64,000 nucleotides of DNA, from the IMG/VR virus record IMGVR_UViG_3300031576_000018, positions 26,840-90,839 of that record; one strand, given 5' to 3'. The DNA comes from a virus. The notes below the pieces were generated by a model. The model was not told the origin of the DNA. It did no database searches and worked only from the letters and a program-made list of their open reading frames with translations. The translations under genes and the position numbers were made by a program. Shown here one piece after another: positions 28,997-38,314 of the stretch; the first letter of the stretch is position 1; each line of letters opens with the position of its first letter.

Positions 28997-29274
28997 TGAA
29001 AGTACAAGACTTAATTAGGATGCTCCACGAAGAATACTTACTTTTAAAGAAGCGGAAGTATAAGATTGAAAACACACCTCAAGTCTCTGTATACGAAGTT
29101 TGCGGCCAAGACGAAAAGAATATTCTGATCAGCCTAATTAACTTGTCTTCGGATGACTTAGACCGAATTTTCCATATTGACCTACCTTGTGTTGAAGATT
29201 TTGTATGGGAATTTCAAGAAAGAGATAAACTAACTATTCATCAATTACCGCACAAACAACGTAAACTAGAGTAA
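28996..29274 (+). CDS. Hypothetical protein
   Basis: TAATG-coupled. Confidence 0.6.
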   Translation: MKVQDLIRMLHEEYLLLKKRKYKIENTPQVSVYEVCGQDEKNILISLINLSSDDLDRIFHIDLPCVEDFVWEFQERDKLTIHQLPHKQRKLE

Positions 29275-29299
29275 TTAAATTTTAAAAGAGGACTTACTT

Positions 29300-29590
29300 A
29301 TGTTTACACAACTTGCGCTGATTACACTTACAACCGTTTCTTTTTACGCAGATAAATTTGAAGGAAAGCGAACAGCTTCTGGAGAAATCTTTCACCAGGA
29401 GTCTTATTATGCTGCCCATAGAACACTTCCCTTTGGAACCTGGGTACAGTTGAATCATAAAGGGAGGATTGTATTTGTTCAGGTAGTAGACCGTTGTAAT
29501 TGTAAAGGGATTGATATTTCTAAACGTGCTTTTCGAGCCTTGGGCTTACTAGAACAAGGTGTTTTGAAAGATGTTCAATTAACTTATTAA
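29300..29590 (+). CDS. rlpA: RlpA-like double-psi beta-barrel lytic transglycosylase
   Basis: SFY..GKRTASGE..AAHRTLPFGT.V..V.DR..IDISKRAF. Confidence 0.9.
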   Translation: MFTQLALITLTTVSFYADKFEGKRTASGEIFHQESYYAAHRTLPFGTWVQLNHKGRIVFVQVVDRCNCKGIDISKRAFRALGLLEQGVLKDVQLTY

Positions 29591-29603
29591 AAGGAAAAAG
29601 ATT

Positions 29604-29957
29604 ATGCAAATAGATTTAAAAGAAAATAGCGTCATTATTGACGGAATTGAGTATGAAAAGAAACAGCCGCCTCTATCTGATTTTTGTATTATACGCACCT
29701 ATTCAGCGGGTGTGTTCGCAGGGTATGTAAAAGAAAAACGAGGACACGAACTAGATTTAACAGACGTAATTCGACTTCACTACTGGGGAGGGGCTTGCAG
29801 CCTAAGTCAGTTGTCTCAAGAAGGAGTAAAGGAGCCGAACGTGTGCAGATTCTCGGTGGTTGTTCCTTTTCAAACAGTTAACGGCTGGATTGAAATTATA
29901 CCTTGCACCGCTGCCGCAGAAAAAAATATTAAGGGAGTAAAGACGTGGAAAAGTTGA
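29604..29957 (+). CDS. Conserved phage protein (DUF6948-like)
   Basis: IIRTYSAGVFAG..LHYWGGACSLSQL..G..EIIPC. Confidence 0.7.
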   Translation: MQIDLKENSVIIDGIEYEKKQPPLSDFCIIRTYSAGVFAGYVKEKRGHELDLTDVIRLHYWGGACSLSQLSQEGVKEPNVCRFSVVVPFQTVNGWIEIIPCTAAAEKNIKGVKTWKS

Positions 29958-30199
29958 CGAATCCTTTTTTCAATCATACTTACACAGGCGATGGCTGTGG
30001 CAGTGGCAGTGGCGATGGCAGTGGCGATGGCAGTGGCTATTATGGCAGTGGCGATGGCTGTGGCTGTGGCAGTGGCTGTGGCAGTGGCTGTGGCAGTGGC
30101 GATGGCAGTGGCGATGGCAGTGGCTATGGCAGTGGCTATGGCGATGGCTATGGCAGTGGCGATGGCGATGGCTATGGCAGTGGCTGTGGCTATGGTTAA
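29945..30199 (+). CDS. Glycine-repeat microprotein (G-[SDCY])n
   Basis: GTG with GGGAG RBS; overlaps upstream stop. Confidence 0.65.
   Translation: MEKLTNPFFNHTYTGDGCGSGSGDGSGDGSGYYGSGDGCGCGSGCGSGCGSGDGSGDGSGYGSGYGDGYGSGDGDGYGSGCGYG
29987..30196 (+). repeat. Hexamer tandem repeat GGC(AGT/GAT/TGT/TAT), ~35 units
   Basis: Seen directly in the sequence. Confidence 0.95.
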
Positions 30200-30268
30200 A
30201 AAAAGGAATTTGTCACCCCCCCCCCTGTTAGCCAAGGAACAAAGCATATTTAGGTAAAGGAGAAATTA

Positions 30269-30601
30269 ATGGGAGTTGTACAAGCAAGTAAAGTAGATGT
30301 GACTAAAGAATTAATAGGGAAGATGGAGAAGCACGTTAAACGTGTTTTGGAAAACTTCGCCTCTGACTTCTATGACCACGATGTGAAAGAAATAGAGGAG
30401 TATGCTAAGGAGGCCGAACCGCCTAAACTTTTGTGGAGTATTAGGGAATCTGGAACCTGGTTAATTCCGCTTATACCAGAGCAGGAAGAGAGGATAGAAC
30501 AGATTAAAGAGCAATATAAAGACCACAGGGTAATTGAGTATTTCATAGTCGATGTGAAAAAAGGAACACTTAAAAAGATTTATTTTTACAATTCACAATA
30601 G
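30269..30601 (+). CDS. Hypothetical protein
   Basis: RBS AAGGAG. Confidence 0.7.
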   Translation: MGVVQASKVDVTKELIGKMEKHVKRVLENFASDFYDHDVKEIEEYAKEAEPPKLLWSIRESGTWLIPLIPEQEERIEQIKEQYKDHRVIEYFIVDVKKGTLKKIYFYNSQ

Positions 30602-30612
30602 GGAGGTTTACC

Positions 30613-31137
30613 ATGATCGTCAATTTAAGAGACTTTTTAAGCACCTATGTACAAGAGGCAGTAGGGGAGTGGCTAGAAGTACAGGATATCCCGCAAAGTA
30701 AGCATGAACTCTTTTATAGCGTGCTTAGAAAGAAAATTCAGGAAAGGGTTGAAGGATTTCTTCACCGTAACGCGATTATAGCTACGGCAATTGAAATAGC
30801 CAGACATGACGAGTTTAAACCAGATAAATTAAAGCTAGTGTGGCAAAATTCTCAAATAGGCGAAATAGTCTTAGCGGGAAAGGTTATTGGGCAAGCAAGA
30901 ACATTCCCAATAAACGGTATGAGCACAAACATTTATATCTTGGATAAAATTTCAGACGCTTTAATTGTGGAGGTGGATAGTTTTTACTCAGGAAACGAAC
31001 CAGAGAAACCTGAGTTTGTTATTGTCCATCCCAACAAGGGTCAGTCTAAATACAGTTACAGTCTTATCTTCACTCAGTGGGAAGATGTACAAAAGGTCGT
31101 AGATGGATTTTTTAACGTAAAAGAGTGGGGTAAGTAG
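30613..31137 (+). CDS. Hypothetical protein
   Basis: RBS GGAGG. Confidence 0.7.
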   Translation: MIVNLRDFLSTYVQEAVGEWLEVQDIPQSKHELFYSVLRKKIQERVEGFLHRNAIIATAIEIARHDEFKPDKLKLVWQNSQIGEIVLAGKVIGQARTFPINGMSTNIYILDKISDALIVEVDSFYSGNEPEKPEFVIVHPNKGQSKYSYSLIFTQWEDVQKVVDGFFNVKEWGK

Positions 31138-31139
31138 AT

Positions 31140-31508
31140 ATGTCTAAAACCTACCCACTTCTTAAGCCTTTAAACAATGAAGTTGTTATTTTAGTTCCTC
31201 CTTTACTTGCCAAAGAAATTGGTGTGTTAGAAGCTATCTTTTTACAACAAGTTCATGAGTGGTTAGAAGCAATAGAGAAAGTTGACCCAGAGACAGAAGA
31301 AAACCCAGTTAATTATATTCGCAGACCTAAAAAAGTGTGGCTGAGCGAACTACCTTTTATAACTTTTTCAGAGTATGACCGAGTAATTGCAAGTCTACAC
31401 CCTAAAGGATTATTGACTTTTAAGAATGATTATGACCATTTAACTATGCGGATTGATTATGAGAAATTGGCTACCTACAAAGGTCATTTGGTGAGCACAG
31501 AGCGTTAG
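31140..31508 (+). CDS. Winged-helix protein paralogous to the initiator N-terminus
   Basis: LAKEIGVLEAIFLQQVHEW vs LAKYLGLLDAIFLQQVHFW; ELPF shared. Confidence 0.75.
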   Translation: MSKTYPLLKPLNNEVVILVPPLLAKEIGVLEAIFLQQVHEWLEAIEKVDPETEENPVNYIRRPKKVWLSELPFITFSEYDRVIASLHPKGLLTFKNDYDHLTMRIDYEKLATYKGHLVSTER

Positions 31509-31587
31509 ATAAAAAAATAGCCCCACTGTTTTTCAATATGTTACAATGGGGAAATAAATCTTTTTTGAATTGGAGATATTGTACCTC

Positions 31588-32436
31588 ATGTCTAAGACTT
31601 TAATCAATGAAGCCCCCTTATTAATTCCCCGCACTTTAGCTAAATACCTTGGTTTATTGGATGCTATTTTCCTACAACAAGTTCATTTCTGGGTAGAAAT
31701 TAACAAACAAGCAGGAAGAAATCTAAAAAAAGGTGATTATTGGATGTATCTCTCCTCAGAAGGCTGGATAGAAGAACTTCCCTTCTTGTGTGAAAAAACA
31801 ATAAAAAATATTATTGTTAGACTAAAGAAATTAAATTTGTTAATTGTTGACCATTTAGATAAGAATCATTTTAATCGCACAAATTGGTTTCGTGTTAACT
31901 ATGAAGAGCTAGAAAGATTAGAAGTTTCTTGGTTAGAAGAGAAAGAAGAGAAAGCCAGATTAAAATTTTTTGCACTCGCTGTTAAAGAAGTGGAAGAAGA
32001 ATTAGAAGAGTCAATGGGTTCTAAAATACCAGATAGATTGGGTAAATTTACCCAATGCATTAGTGAACCAAATACCCAATCAGAAAGGGTAACTGACGCA
32101 CAATCTAAACAGAGAGTAACAGAGATAACAAAAACAACTTCTTCCGAAGAAAAAGATTACCCAATGGATATAGAGGAAGAGGACAAAGAACTACGAGAAG
32201 ATTTTGAGTTAGTGTGGGGAGATTTTCCTAAGAAAGATTCTCATAAGGAAAAGCACTGGTTAAGATATAAACAGCTCAAACCAAAAATAAAACTAGTTAA
32301 ATTAGCTTTAGACCTTTTAGAAGAACAAACAAACGGACAAGTAAAATTCTATCCCAACTTTGATAACTTTCTTACTTCTTTTGTAGCTAAGAAAACCAGT
32401 TCTGATGACTACGACCCTAAAACAGGGATTCTTTAG
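31588..32436 (+). CDS. Phage replication initiator (N-terminal wHTH)
   Basis: LLIPRTLAKYLGL..AIFLQQVHFW..NRTNWFRVNYE; upstream of a DnaC-like ATPase; internal iteron-like repeats. Confidence 0.8.
   Translation: MSKTLINEAPLLIPRTLAKYLGLLDAIFLQQVHFWVEINKQAGRNLKKGDYWMYLSSEGWIEELPFLCEKTIKNIIVRLKKLNLLIVDHLDKNHFNRTNWFRVNYEELERLEVSWLEEKEEKARLKFFALAVKEVEEELEESMGSKIPDRLGKFTQCISEPNTQSERVTDAQSKQRVTEITKTTSSEEKDYPMDIEEEDKELREDFELVWGDFPKKDSHKEKHWLRYKQLKPKIKLVKLALDLLEEQTNGQVKFYPNFDNFLTSFVAKKTSSDDYDPKTGIL
32013..32104. repeat. Iteron-like degenerate palindromes (candidate origin)
   Basis: Perfect 20-bp palindrome ATTGGGTAAATTTACCCAAT 32037-32056 flanked by degenerate copies at ~22-24 bp spacing. Confidence 0.6.
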
Positions 32437-32438
32437 TT

Positions 32439-32684
32439 ATGCCAAATATATTACCGTTTCCTACAGGGGATAGTCTTGAGGGTGTAAGCACTAAAGCACC
32501 TACTGGTGTTAACGTAGACGTGGTTTGTGCGAATTGTAGAGGTGTATTCGTTACAAGTGTTAGCGAAGAAGAGCTGCTCAGAGGCGCATTAAAGGTTCAT
32601 TTGCCTTTTCCTGCTGCGTGTCCTAATTGTGGTGTTATGCGTAAAAAATTTAGACTGCTTGAGGATGATTGGATAGATGAGTGA
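32439..32684 (+). CDS. Zinc-ribbon protein
   Basis: CANC...CPNC. Confidence 0.65.
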   Translation: MPNILPFPTGDSLEGVSTKAPTGVNVDVVCANCRGVFVTSVSEEELLRGALKVHLPFPAACPNCGVMRKKFRLLEDDWIDE

Positions 32685-33213
32685 TGAGATATTAGGTCGA
32701 TATGGAATAGGAAAATCCTATAGAGGTTTACAGCTTCAACACAGTAAATCTGCTTTTGTTGCTTCAGAAGTTTCAAGTTACTTAGAAAGACTTAAAACCC
32801 ATGTTCAAGAAGGAACGGGTTTACTTTTCCAAGGTGCTGGGAATACAGGTAAATCAGCTTTGGCTTCTATAATTTGCCGAGAGGCAATTCTAAAGCATTA
32901 CTATCCTGCTTATTTTATGTCTTTAGATGATCTTCTTCTTTTAGACAACGCTCGTTGGAAGATGAAACAGTACCAAGAAGAGTATTCCAAGAAGGTAGAG
33001 AAGCCTAAGATTTTAGTTTTAGATGACGTACCTTTTGTTTCTAACAAAGCGAAAAGTCCAGAAGAATTAATAAAACAGGTTCTTGCTAAGAGGCTTAGAG
33101 AGAATAATGTAACCATTTTTACAACTAAAAGCCTGAAAAATATTAAAGAGCCTATTCCAGAATTGATGTTGAGAAAGAACAAAATTATAGAGTGTACGGT
33201 GGAATATGTTTGA
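32677..33213 (+). CDS. DnaC/IstB-like AAA+ helicase loader
   Basis: Walker A GAGNTGKS, Walker B LVLDD, TIFTT. Confidence 0.85.
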   Translation: MSDEILGRYGIGKSYRGLQLQHSKSAFVASEVSSYLERLKTHVQEGTGLLFQGAGNTGKSALASIICREAILKHYYPAYFMSLDDLLLLDNARWKMKQYQEEYSKKVEKPKILVLDDVPFVSNKAKSPEELIKQVLAKRLRENNVTIFTTKSLKNIKEPIPELMLRKNKIIECTVEYV

Positions 33214-33661
33214 AGGGAACATTTCTAATCAGCCCGCGGCTACTATAGGCTGGTATTATGATGTACTTCTGATTATTAAGTATCCAAAATTATTTCGATG
33301 GGCTAAAAAAAGTATGCCTTCTATACTTAAGTTTCTTTATCAACGTAACGAATTGGCGATAGCCCAAATGGAATTGTATTTCAAAGACTACAATGTCAAA
33401 GTAGTCGTAGACCATCCAAACCTGAAAAAGATATTTGATGACGAATATAACACAGTAGCGGTAGGACACATCTCACAGCTTAGCCAGTTGCCTTATTTTA
33501 GGGTTTTTACGACAGATAAGCGTTTTATAGGTCTAAGTGGAATTGTACGTTATATTATGCCTTTTAAGCAGTTTATAAAAGAAGACAAACAACTTAAAGA
33601 TAATGTAGCTGGTTTTGCAGAAATGATGATTGAGCTTGGAGAAAGGTTGAAGAAAGAATGA
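33206..33661 (+). CDS. Hypothetical replication-module protein
   Basis: MFEGNISN start resembles, from memory, a phage family found between dnaC and dnaB genes. Confidence 0.5.
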   Translation: MFEGNISNQPAATIGWYYDVLLIIKYPKLFRWAKKSMPSILKFLYQRNELAIAQMELYFKDYNVKVVVDHPNLKKIFDDEYNTVAVGHISQLSQLPYFRVFTTDKRFIGLSGIVRYIMPFKQFIKEDKQLKDNVAGFAEMMIELGERLKKE

Positions 33662-33918
33662 GCTACACCAAAAGAGAAGTACAGAAAGACACATTAGCAA
33701 TTCTAAAAAGCATTAAAGGTTACGAGCTAGTGCAAATTGTTCCTGCCTGTTTTTCAGACCCAGAAAAGGAACAAATGTTTCAGTTTGTTCCATTTAACAA
33801 GATTGAAGACAATGTAATAACCATTTATACCCGCTTTTGTAATGATGAGGTGGTGGAGCAAATAAAAAGAATCCATAAAGAGTTTTATTCGTATTTGTAT
33901 TTGGGACAAAAAGAATGA
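33658..33918 (+). CDS. Hypothetical protein
   Basis: ATGA-coupled. Confidence 0.6.
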   Translation: MSYTKREVQKDTLAILKSIKGYELVQIVPACFSDPEKEQMFQFVPFNKIEDNVITIYTRFCNDEVVEQIKRIHKEFYSYLYLGQKE

Positions 33919-34349
33919 CAGAACATAGAAAGTATAAGCGAATTAAAGAGAACAGAGGTAGAAGTCAAATACTTCGCAGCACTACGTTAAGTATTTCTAG
34001 GTTGTATGGGAAGGGGCTAAGTGTAAAAAGCATATCAAAAAAGTTAGGTATTTCTACAACCACCATATACACGTATATAAAAAGTTTAGGCGTAAAAAAG
34101 GAAAGTTTACTATCGCCACAGCAGCTAGTTTTAAGAAAATGTGTAGCGTCTCTGCTATGTATTAAAATGCCGCCAGCGGCATTGAAAAAAATTCTTAAAT
34201 TGAAACAAACTAAAAAAGTCATTAGAGCTTGGGAGAACCAGTATGGCTATTCCGAGGATTATTTTAACAAGGGTTTAACTTTAATTAAGTATAAGGTACT
34301 ACAAAATCCTCCAAAGAAAAAGGGTAGCAAACGGGTTAAAGAGAGGTGA
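33915..34349 (+). CDS. HTH DNA-binding protein
   Basis: LYGKGLSVKSISKKLGISTTTIYTYI. Confidence 0.75.
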   Translation: MTEHRKYKRIKENRGRSQILRSTTLSISRLYGKGLSVKSISKKLGISTTTIYTYIKSLGVKKESLLSPQQLVLRKCVASLLCIKMPPAALKKILKLKQTKKVIRAWENQYGYSEDYFNKGLTLIKYKVLQNPPKKKGSKRVKER

Positions 34350-35557
34350 GTCTTGACAGAAAATTTATAACAACCCTGATTACTGAGGATGAAGCTCTTC
34401 GTAAAGCCATAGACGCTAATATTCAGGATAACTGGATATTAAAAGAACTTAGACCTGCTTATCAGTGGATTAAATCTTTCTACACAGACTTTGGTAAAAT
34501 ACCCTCAAGGGAATCTCTCATTAAACGCTTTGGTGATATCCTCACCCTATCCGAAGAGAATGTAGCTTTCTATATTTCAGAGATTAGAAACCGTCAGAAG
34601 TTTAGTGTTATGGTCATGACTGCTGAACAAGTTTCTAACCTATTAATGGATGATAAGCAACCCGATAAGACCAAAGCCTTAGAAGAAGCCGAGAAGTTAT
34701 TTAATTCTGCTCATAAGCAACTCTATACAGAACTGAATACCTCTAAGGTAGTTAACATTGCTAAAAAGGCTACAGACAGGTATGACCAGTATCTTCATAG
34801 AAAATCCAATAAAATCACAGGGGTTATAACCCCATGGGAACCATTAACCGAAGAAACAATGGGTTGGCAACCAGGAGAGTTTGCCCTTTTTGTAGGACGT
34901 AGAGGTTTAGGAAAGACCTTAACACTTCTTCTTAATCTCTCCAAAGCCTACCAAGCTGGGTATAAACCATTACTCTTTACCCACGAAATGGGTGTAAAAC
35001 CAATCAGTTTAAGACTAGATGCTATTTTAGGGCAATTTGATTACGAAGCCTTGAGAAAAGGTAAGCTAGACCTCTCTGAGGAAAGAGCCTACTTAGAATA
35101 TCTTAAACGTATGGAAGAATCAGAGATGGTTTTGGAGGTAGCCGAAGGTGCAGGAAGAAAAGGAGTAGAAACTATTTATGCGTATTGCAGGACATTAAAA
35201 CCAGATATTGTCTTTGTAGATTCTGCGTACCTCTTCGCTAAATCGTATGACTGGAAAGACCAGTATGCTTTTTCAGCAGACTTAAGAGCAATGGCTGAAT
35301 CTTTAAAGATACCTATTATTATCTCTTTACAGGAGAAAAAAGACGGTGTAGCCATAGCGAAAGCCTATGAGAATGATGCGACGTGTATGTTCAGGCAGTA
35401 TAAGGATAAAGACATGGAAGAATTACCGTTTATGTGTTTTGAGACTCGGAAAATTAGAGAAGGAGAACCCATTCGTTGGGTATCCCATTGGGATTTTAAG
35501 TCTATGAACTTTACTTGGAACCCCCAAGTAGACCCACAGGAATATATAGATATATAA
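34346..35557 (+). CDS. dnaB: DnaB-like replicative helicase
   Basis: GVITPW..TMGWQPGE, Walker A GRRGLGKT, HEM, VFVDSAY, KIREG. Confidence 0.9.
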   Translation: MSLDRKFITTLITEDEALRKAIDANIQDNWILKELRPAYQWIKSFYTDFGKIPSRESLIKRFGDILTLSEENVAFYISEIRNRQKFSVMVMTAEQVSNLLMDDKQPDKTKALEEAEKLFNSAHKQLYTELNTSKVVNIAKKATDRYDQYLHRKSNKITGVITPWEPLTEETMGWQPGEFALFVGRRGLGKTLTLLLNLSKAYQAGYKPLLFTHEMGVKPISLRLDAILGQFDYEALRKGKLDLSEERAYLEYLKRMEESEMVLEVAEGAGRKGVETIYAYCRTLKPDIVFVDSAYLFAKSYDWKDQYAFSADLRAMAESLKIPIIISLQEKKDGVAIAKAYENDATCMFRQYKDKDMEELPFMCFETRKIREGEPIRWVSHWDFKSMNFTWNPQVDPQEYIDI

Positions 35558-35558
35558 A

Positions 35559-36515
35559 ATGTTAGACACGACTGCTCTGGTAATAGCTCTTCAATCCGCA
35601 GGCATTAAGAAGATTAAAGTATGGAAAGACGAAGTTAAATTTTGCTGTCCTTTTCATGCTGATAGAACACCCAGTGCTTTCCTTAACGTTTCCAAAGTCG
35701 TCTATAAATGCTTTTCGTGTGGGAGAGGAGAATCAGCGTATAGCTTTCTTCACTTAATAGGTATTCAACCTTACTCTTTAGAAATAGAGTCCATAGTTGA
35801 CTTTGTCAGCTCAAAAGTTAATAAGGTAGTACAGAAAAGGAAATCTAAAACGTATGATCAGTTTATGGGACGTGTTGTTTCTCAAAGTATGCAAGAAGGA
35901 CTCCTTATTTGGGAACAAAGTGTACCTACTTTTACGGTAGACCCTGTAGAGGAGTATATAAAGAATCGAACAGGAAATGCGTTTACACCTATTCCGGTTG
36001 CTTATCATCCTCAACGGTACTCACTGGTTTTTAAGACAGAATTTAATATTGTTGAACGCTTCTTTAAATGTCGGTCGCAGAAGATTACTGTTCCTTCTAT
36101 GGTCTATGGAGAAAAGCATCTCTTTACACACGACTTTAAGAGCAAATCAGACACAGTTTACTTGGTAGAGGGGTTATTCGATTACTTGAACCTTTATCAA
36201 GCAGGATTTAAAAACTGTGCGGCTTTACTAGGTAGCTCTGTCTCTGATATTAACCAGGTAGAGATAGATTCTCTAGGAGAAGACGTTACTCTAATACCAG
36301 ATAGTGACAAAGCAGGATTAAACAGTCTAAAACCAAATGCAAAGAAATTAACTGAACTCGGTAAAAGAGTGTATGTGATTTACCCAAAACCAGAGAAAGA
36401 TTTTGGAGCCATGACACACGAACAAATTAGAGAAAATATTTTTAACGGGAGAACAGCGTATGGTAACAGGATATCTGGGGGCAACCTTGAAGATTGCCTT
36501 AGCCGATTCGGATAA
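35559..36515 (+). CDS. DNA primase (CHC2 zinc finger + Toprim)
   Basis: CPFHADRTPS..CFSCG; LVEGLFD; PDSDKAG. Confidence 0.9.
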   Translation: MLDTTALVIALQSAGIKKIKVWKDEVKFCCPFHADRTPSAFLNVSKVVYKCFSCGRGESAYSFLHLIGIQPYSLEIESIVDFVSSKVNKVVQKRKSKTYDQFMGRVVSQSMQEGLLIWEQSVPTFTVDPVEEYIKNRTGNAFTPIPVAYHPQRYSLVFKTEFNIVERFFKCRSQKITVPSMVYGEKHLFTHDFKSKSDTVYLVEGLFDYLNLYQAGFKNCAALLGSSVSDINQVEIDSLGEDVTLIPDSDKAGLNSLKPNAKKLTELGKRVYVIYPKPEKDFGAMTHEQIRENIFNGRTAYGNRISGGNLEDCLSRFG

Positions 36516-37818
36516 GATTAATTTAGACTTATGGAAAGTCCCCAATTCAGCCCCAGCTAAAAACAGCTTTGGAGAATTTATTCCTCTCTATTACGAAGAA
36601 GCTGGTTGGGTACACTTCCCAAGAAACAATATGCCTGAATTAGAGTGCATAATAGAGGAAAGGAATTATACATCCTCAATAGAAACTGGTTATTTCTTTC
36701 ATCAAGAGTATAGAGACTATCAAGTTGAGGTAGTAGATAAAGCACTTAAATTTATGAGGAGGAGTATTCGTTTAGGAATAGCCAGAGATGTTATTATTTG
36801 TGCACCATGCGCCAGCGGTAAAACCCACATGGCGTTCTATGCAATTGACCAATTGGCTGTAAAAACTTTAATCGCCGTCCCAACAGAGCCTCTATTTAAA
36901 CAGTGGGTAGAACGGTTAACTGACTGGACGGGTGAAGAGCCGGGTATGTTTACAGGTAGAAAAAAGAGTTTCAAAAATATTACAGTGGCGCTAGTGCCTT
37001 CTTTAATCTCTAAATTAGCGAAAAAGTATCAGCACGAATTGAATAAGTTCGCCTTGCTGATTAATGATGAAGTACATAGGCTAGGCGCTGATAAATGGTC
37101 AAAGGCGGTATGCCGTATACCGGCAGGCTATAGACTGTCTTTTTCAGCTACTCCCAAGAGAGGAGACGGACTAGACATTATTATGTTCTCTCACTGTGGA
37201 CAAGTCGTAGCAGAAGTTTCTAGGAAGCAGTTGATAGAAGAAGGGTATATAAAAAATCCTAAAGTCTTTATCTTTGAGAGAACCATTCCAACGTTGATTC
37301 AACGTTGGAATGGTTTTAACTGGGCAGCAACCTGTACGAAGATTGCGAGGCACTCTGTAGTTATCTCAGATGTTCAACATATTATCAAACAGTCCCTCAA
37401 CAAGGGTAAGAAGACGATGGTTTTAACTAACCGGCTAGAGTTAATACAGCCCCTAAAAGAGTTATTTCCAGATGCTTTTCTTCTCGTAGGTGTAAGCAAC
37501 TTAGAAGAGGCTATCGACAGAGAGAAGCTATTTAAAGCCCAGCTTATCTTAGCCATAGATAAATTAGCGACTACAGGGATAGAACTTCCTGCCTTAAGCA
37601 CAATGATTTCAGTAACACCCTATGCAGATCCTTCTGTTATTGAACAAATGTTGGGTAGGAACTCCAGACCAGATTCTATAGACCCTGTGTTTGTAGATTA
37701 TTATATTCATGAACCGAAGACGGATAAGAAGGATTTTCTAAAATTTATGTTCCAATCACGCCTAAAAGTGTATGAGTCTTTAGAGTGCGAAGTAACTTAT
37801 GTCAGGAGAGAGGAATGA
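36460..37818 (+). CDS. SF2 DExH helicase (UvsW/SSL2-like)
   Basis: RDYQ, APCASGKT, DEVH, SATP, QMLGR. Confidence 0.9.
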   Translation: MVTGYLGATLKIALADSDKINLDLWKVPNSAPAKNSFGEFIPLYYEEAGWVHFPRNNMPELECIIEERNYTSSIETGYFFHQEYRDYQVEVVDKALKFMRRSIRLGIARDVIICAPCASGKTHMAFYAIDQLAVKTLIAVPTEPLFKQWVERLTDWTGEEPGMFTGRKKSFKNITVALVPSLISKLAKKYQHELNKFALLINDEVHRLGADKWSKAVCRIPAGYRLSFSATPKRGDGLDIIMFSHCGQVVAEVSRKQLIEEGYIKNPKVFIFERTIPTLIQRWNGFNWAATCTKIARHSVVISDVQHIIKQSLNKGKKTMVLTNRLELIQPLKELFPDAFLLVGVSNLEEAIDREKLFKAQLILAIDKLATTGIELPALSTMISVTPYADPSVIEQMLGRNSRPDSIDPVFVDYYIHEPKTDKKDFLKFMFQSRLKVYESLECEVTYVRREE

Positions 37819-38141
37819 AAAAAAGAATTAAAGAAATGATTAAATTGCTGAAGTCTTTTGACAAGGCAATTTTAATGAAAGAAAGGCACAATGTTTTAGA
37901 AGAAGACGAAGCGGAAGCCAGAATAGCGGTTGAGGAATCTCCGTTCGAGAGGACAGAGATTGTTTGTACCAAGGGTAATAACTTTCAATTGTTTTTCTAC
38001 GAGTTAAACAAAATGGCAGATGGCTACGATTTGGTGAAAGATATTCCCCACATTCTGACAGAAGATAAGCTAATGGACAAGTTGGTCAGTGATTTAAAAG
38101 AAGAAAAGAAAATCTCTTTAGAGCTCTATTTTAACTCTTGA
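37815..38141 (+). CDS. Hypothetical protein
   Basis: ATGA-coupled; RBS AGGAG. Confidence 0.6.
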   Translation: MKKRIKEMIKLLKSFDKAILMKERHNVLEEDEAEARIAVEESPFERTEIVCTKGNNFQLFFYELNKMADGYDLVKDIPHILTEDKLMDKLVSDLKEEKKISLELYFNS

Positions 38142-38166
38142 CAAAGATATAAAAGGGATATACATT
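38131..38166 (+). promoter_or_regulatory. Sigma70-type promoter
   Basis: TTAACTC-TTGACA(38138-43)-17-TACATT(38161-66). Confidence 0.7.
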
Positions 38167-38173
38167 ATATATC

Positions 38174-38314
38174 ATGAGTGCAATTAGAAAATTAATTTCT
38201 TTACCAAAAGAATCCTGGGATTGGCTTTTAGAACAAGCTACCCTCCAAGGTATTTCTGTAAACGCATTAGTGGCAACCATTATCTATCAGGAAAAATGTT
38301 CAAGGAAGAAGTAG
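38174..38314 (+). CDS. Unannotated 46-aa ribbon-helix-helix (Arc/CopG-like) regulator
   Basis: MSAIRKLISLPKESWDWLLEQATLQGISVNALVATII fits the RHH pattern; ATG 8 nt after the -10 box. Confidence 0.75.
   Translation: MSAIRKLISLPKESWDWLLEQATLQGISVNALVATIIYQEKCSRKK

Noticed and set aside
29945-30199. Gly/Cys/Ser peptide as a RiPP (microcin B17-like) precursor
   Set aside because: No YcaO, dehydrogenase, radical SAM or transporter genes in the window
30216-30245. PPLLAKE in an alternative frame matching the 31140 protein
   Set aside because: Seven residues arising partly from a poly-C run, with no further similarity; probably chance
29870-30257. Ala/Val/Met-repeat ORF (29991 +) and Ala/Thr/Ile-repeat ORF (29870 -)
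   Set aside because: Shadow frames of the hexamer repeat; only the Gly frame has an RBS and coupling
38221-38295. TTG start of the MerR-like ORF at 38221
   Set aside because: Region is better explained by the RHH gene in another frame; ATG 38296 preferred
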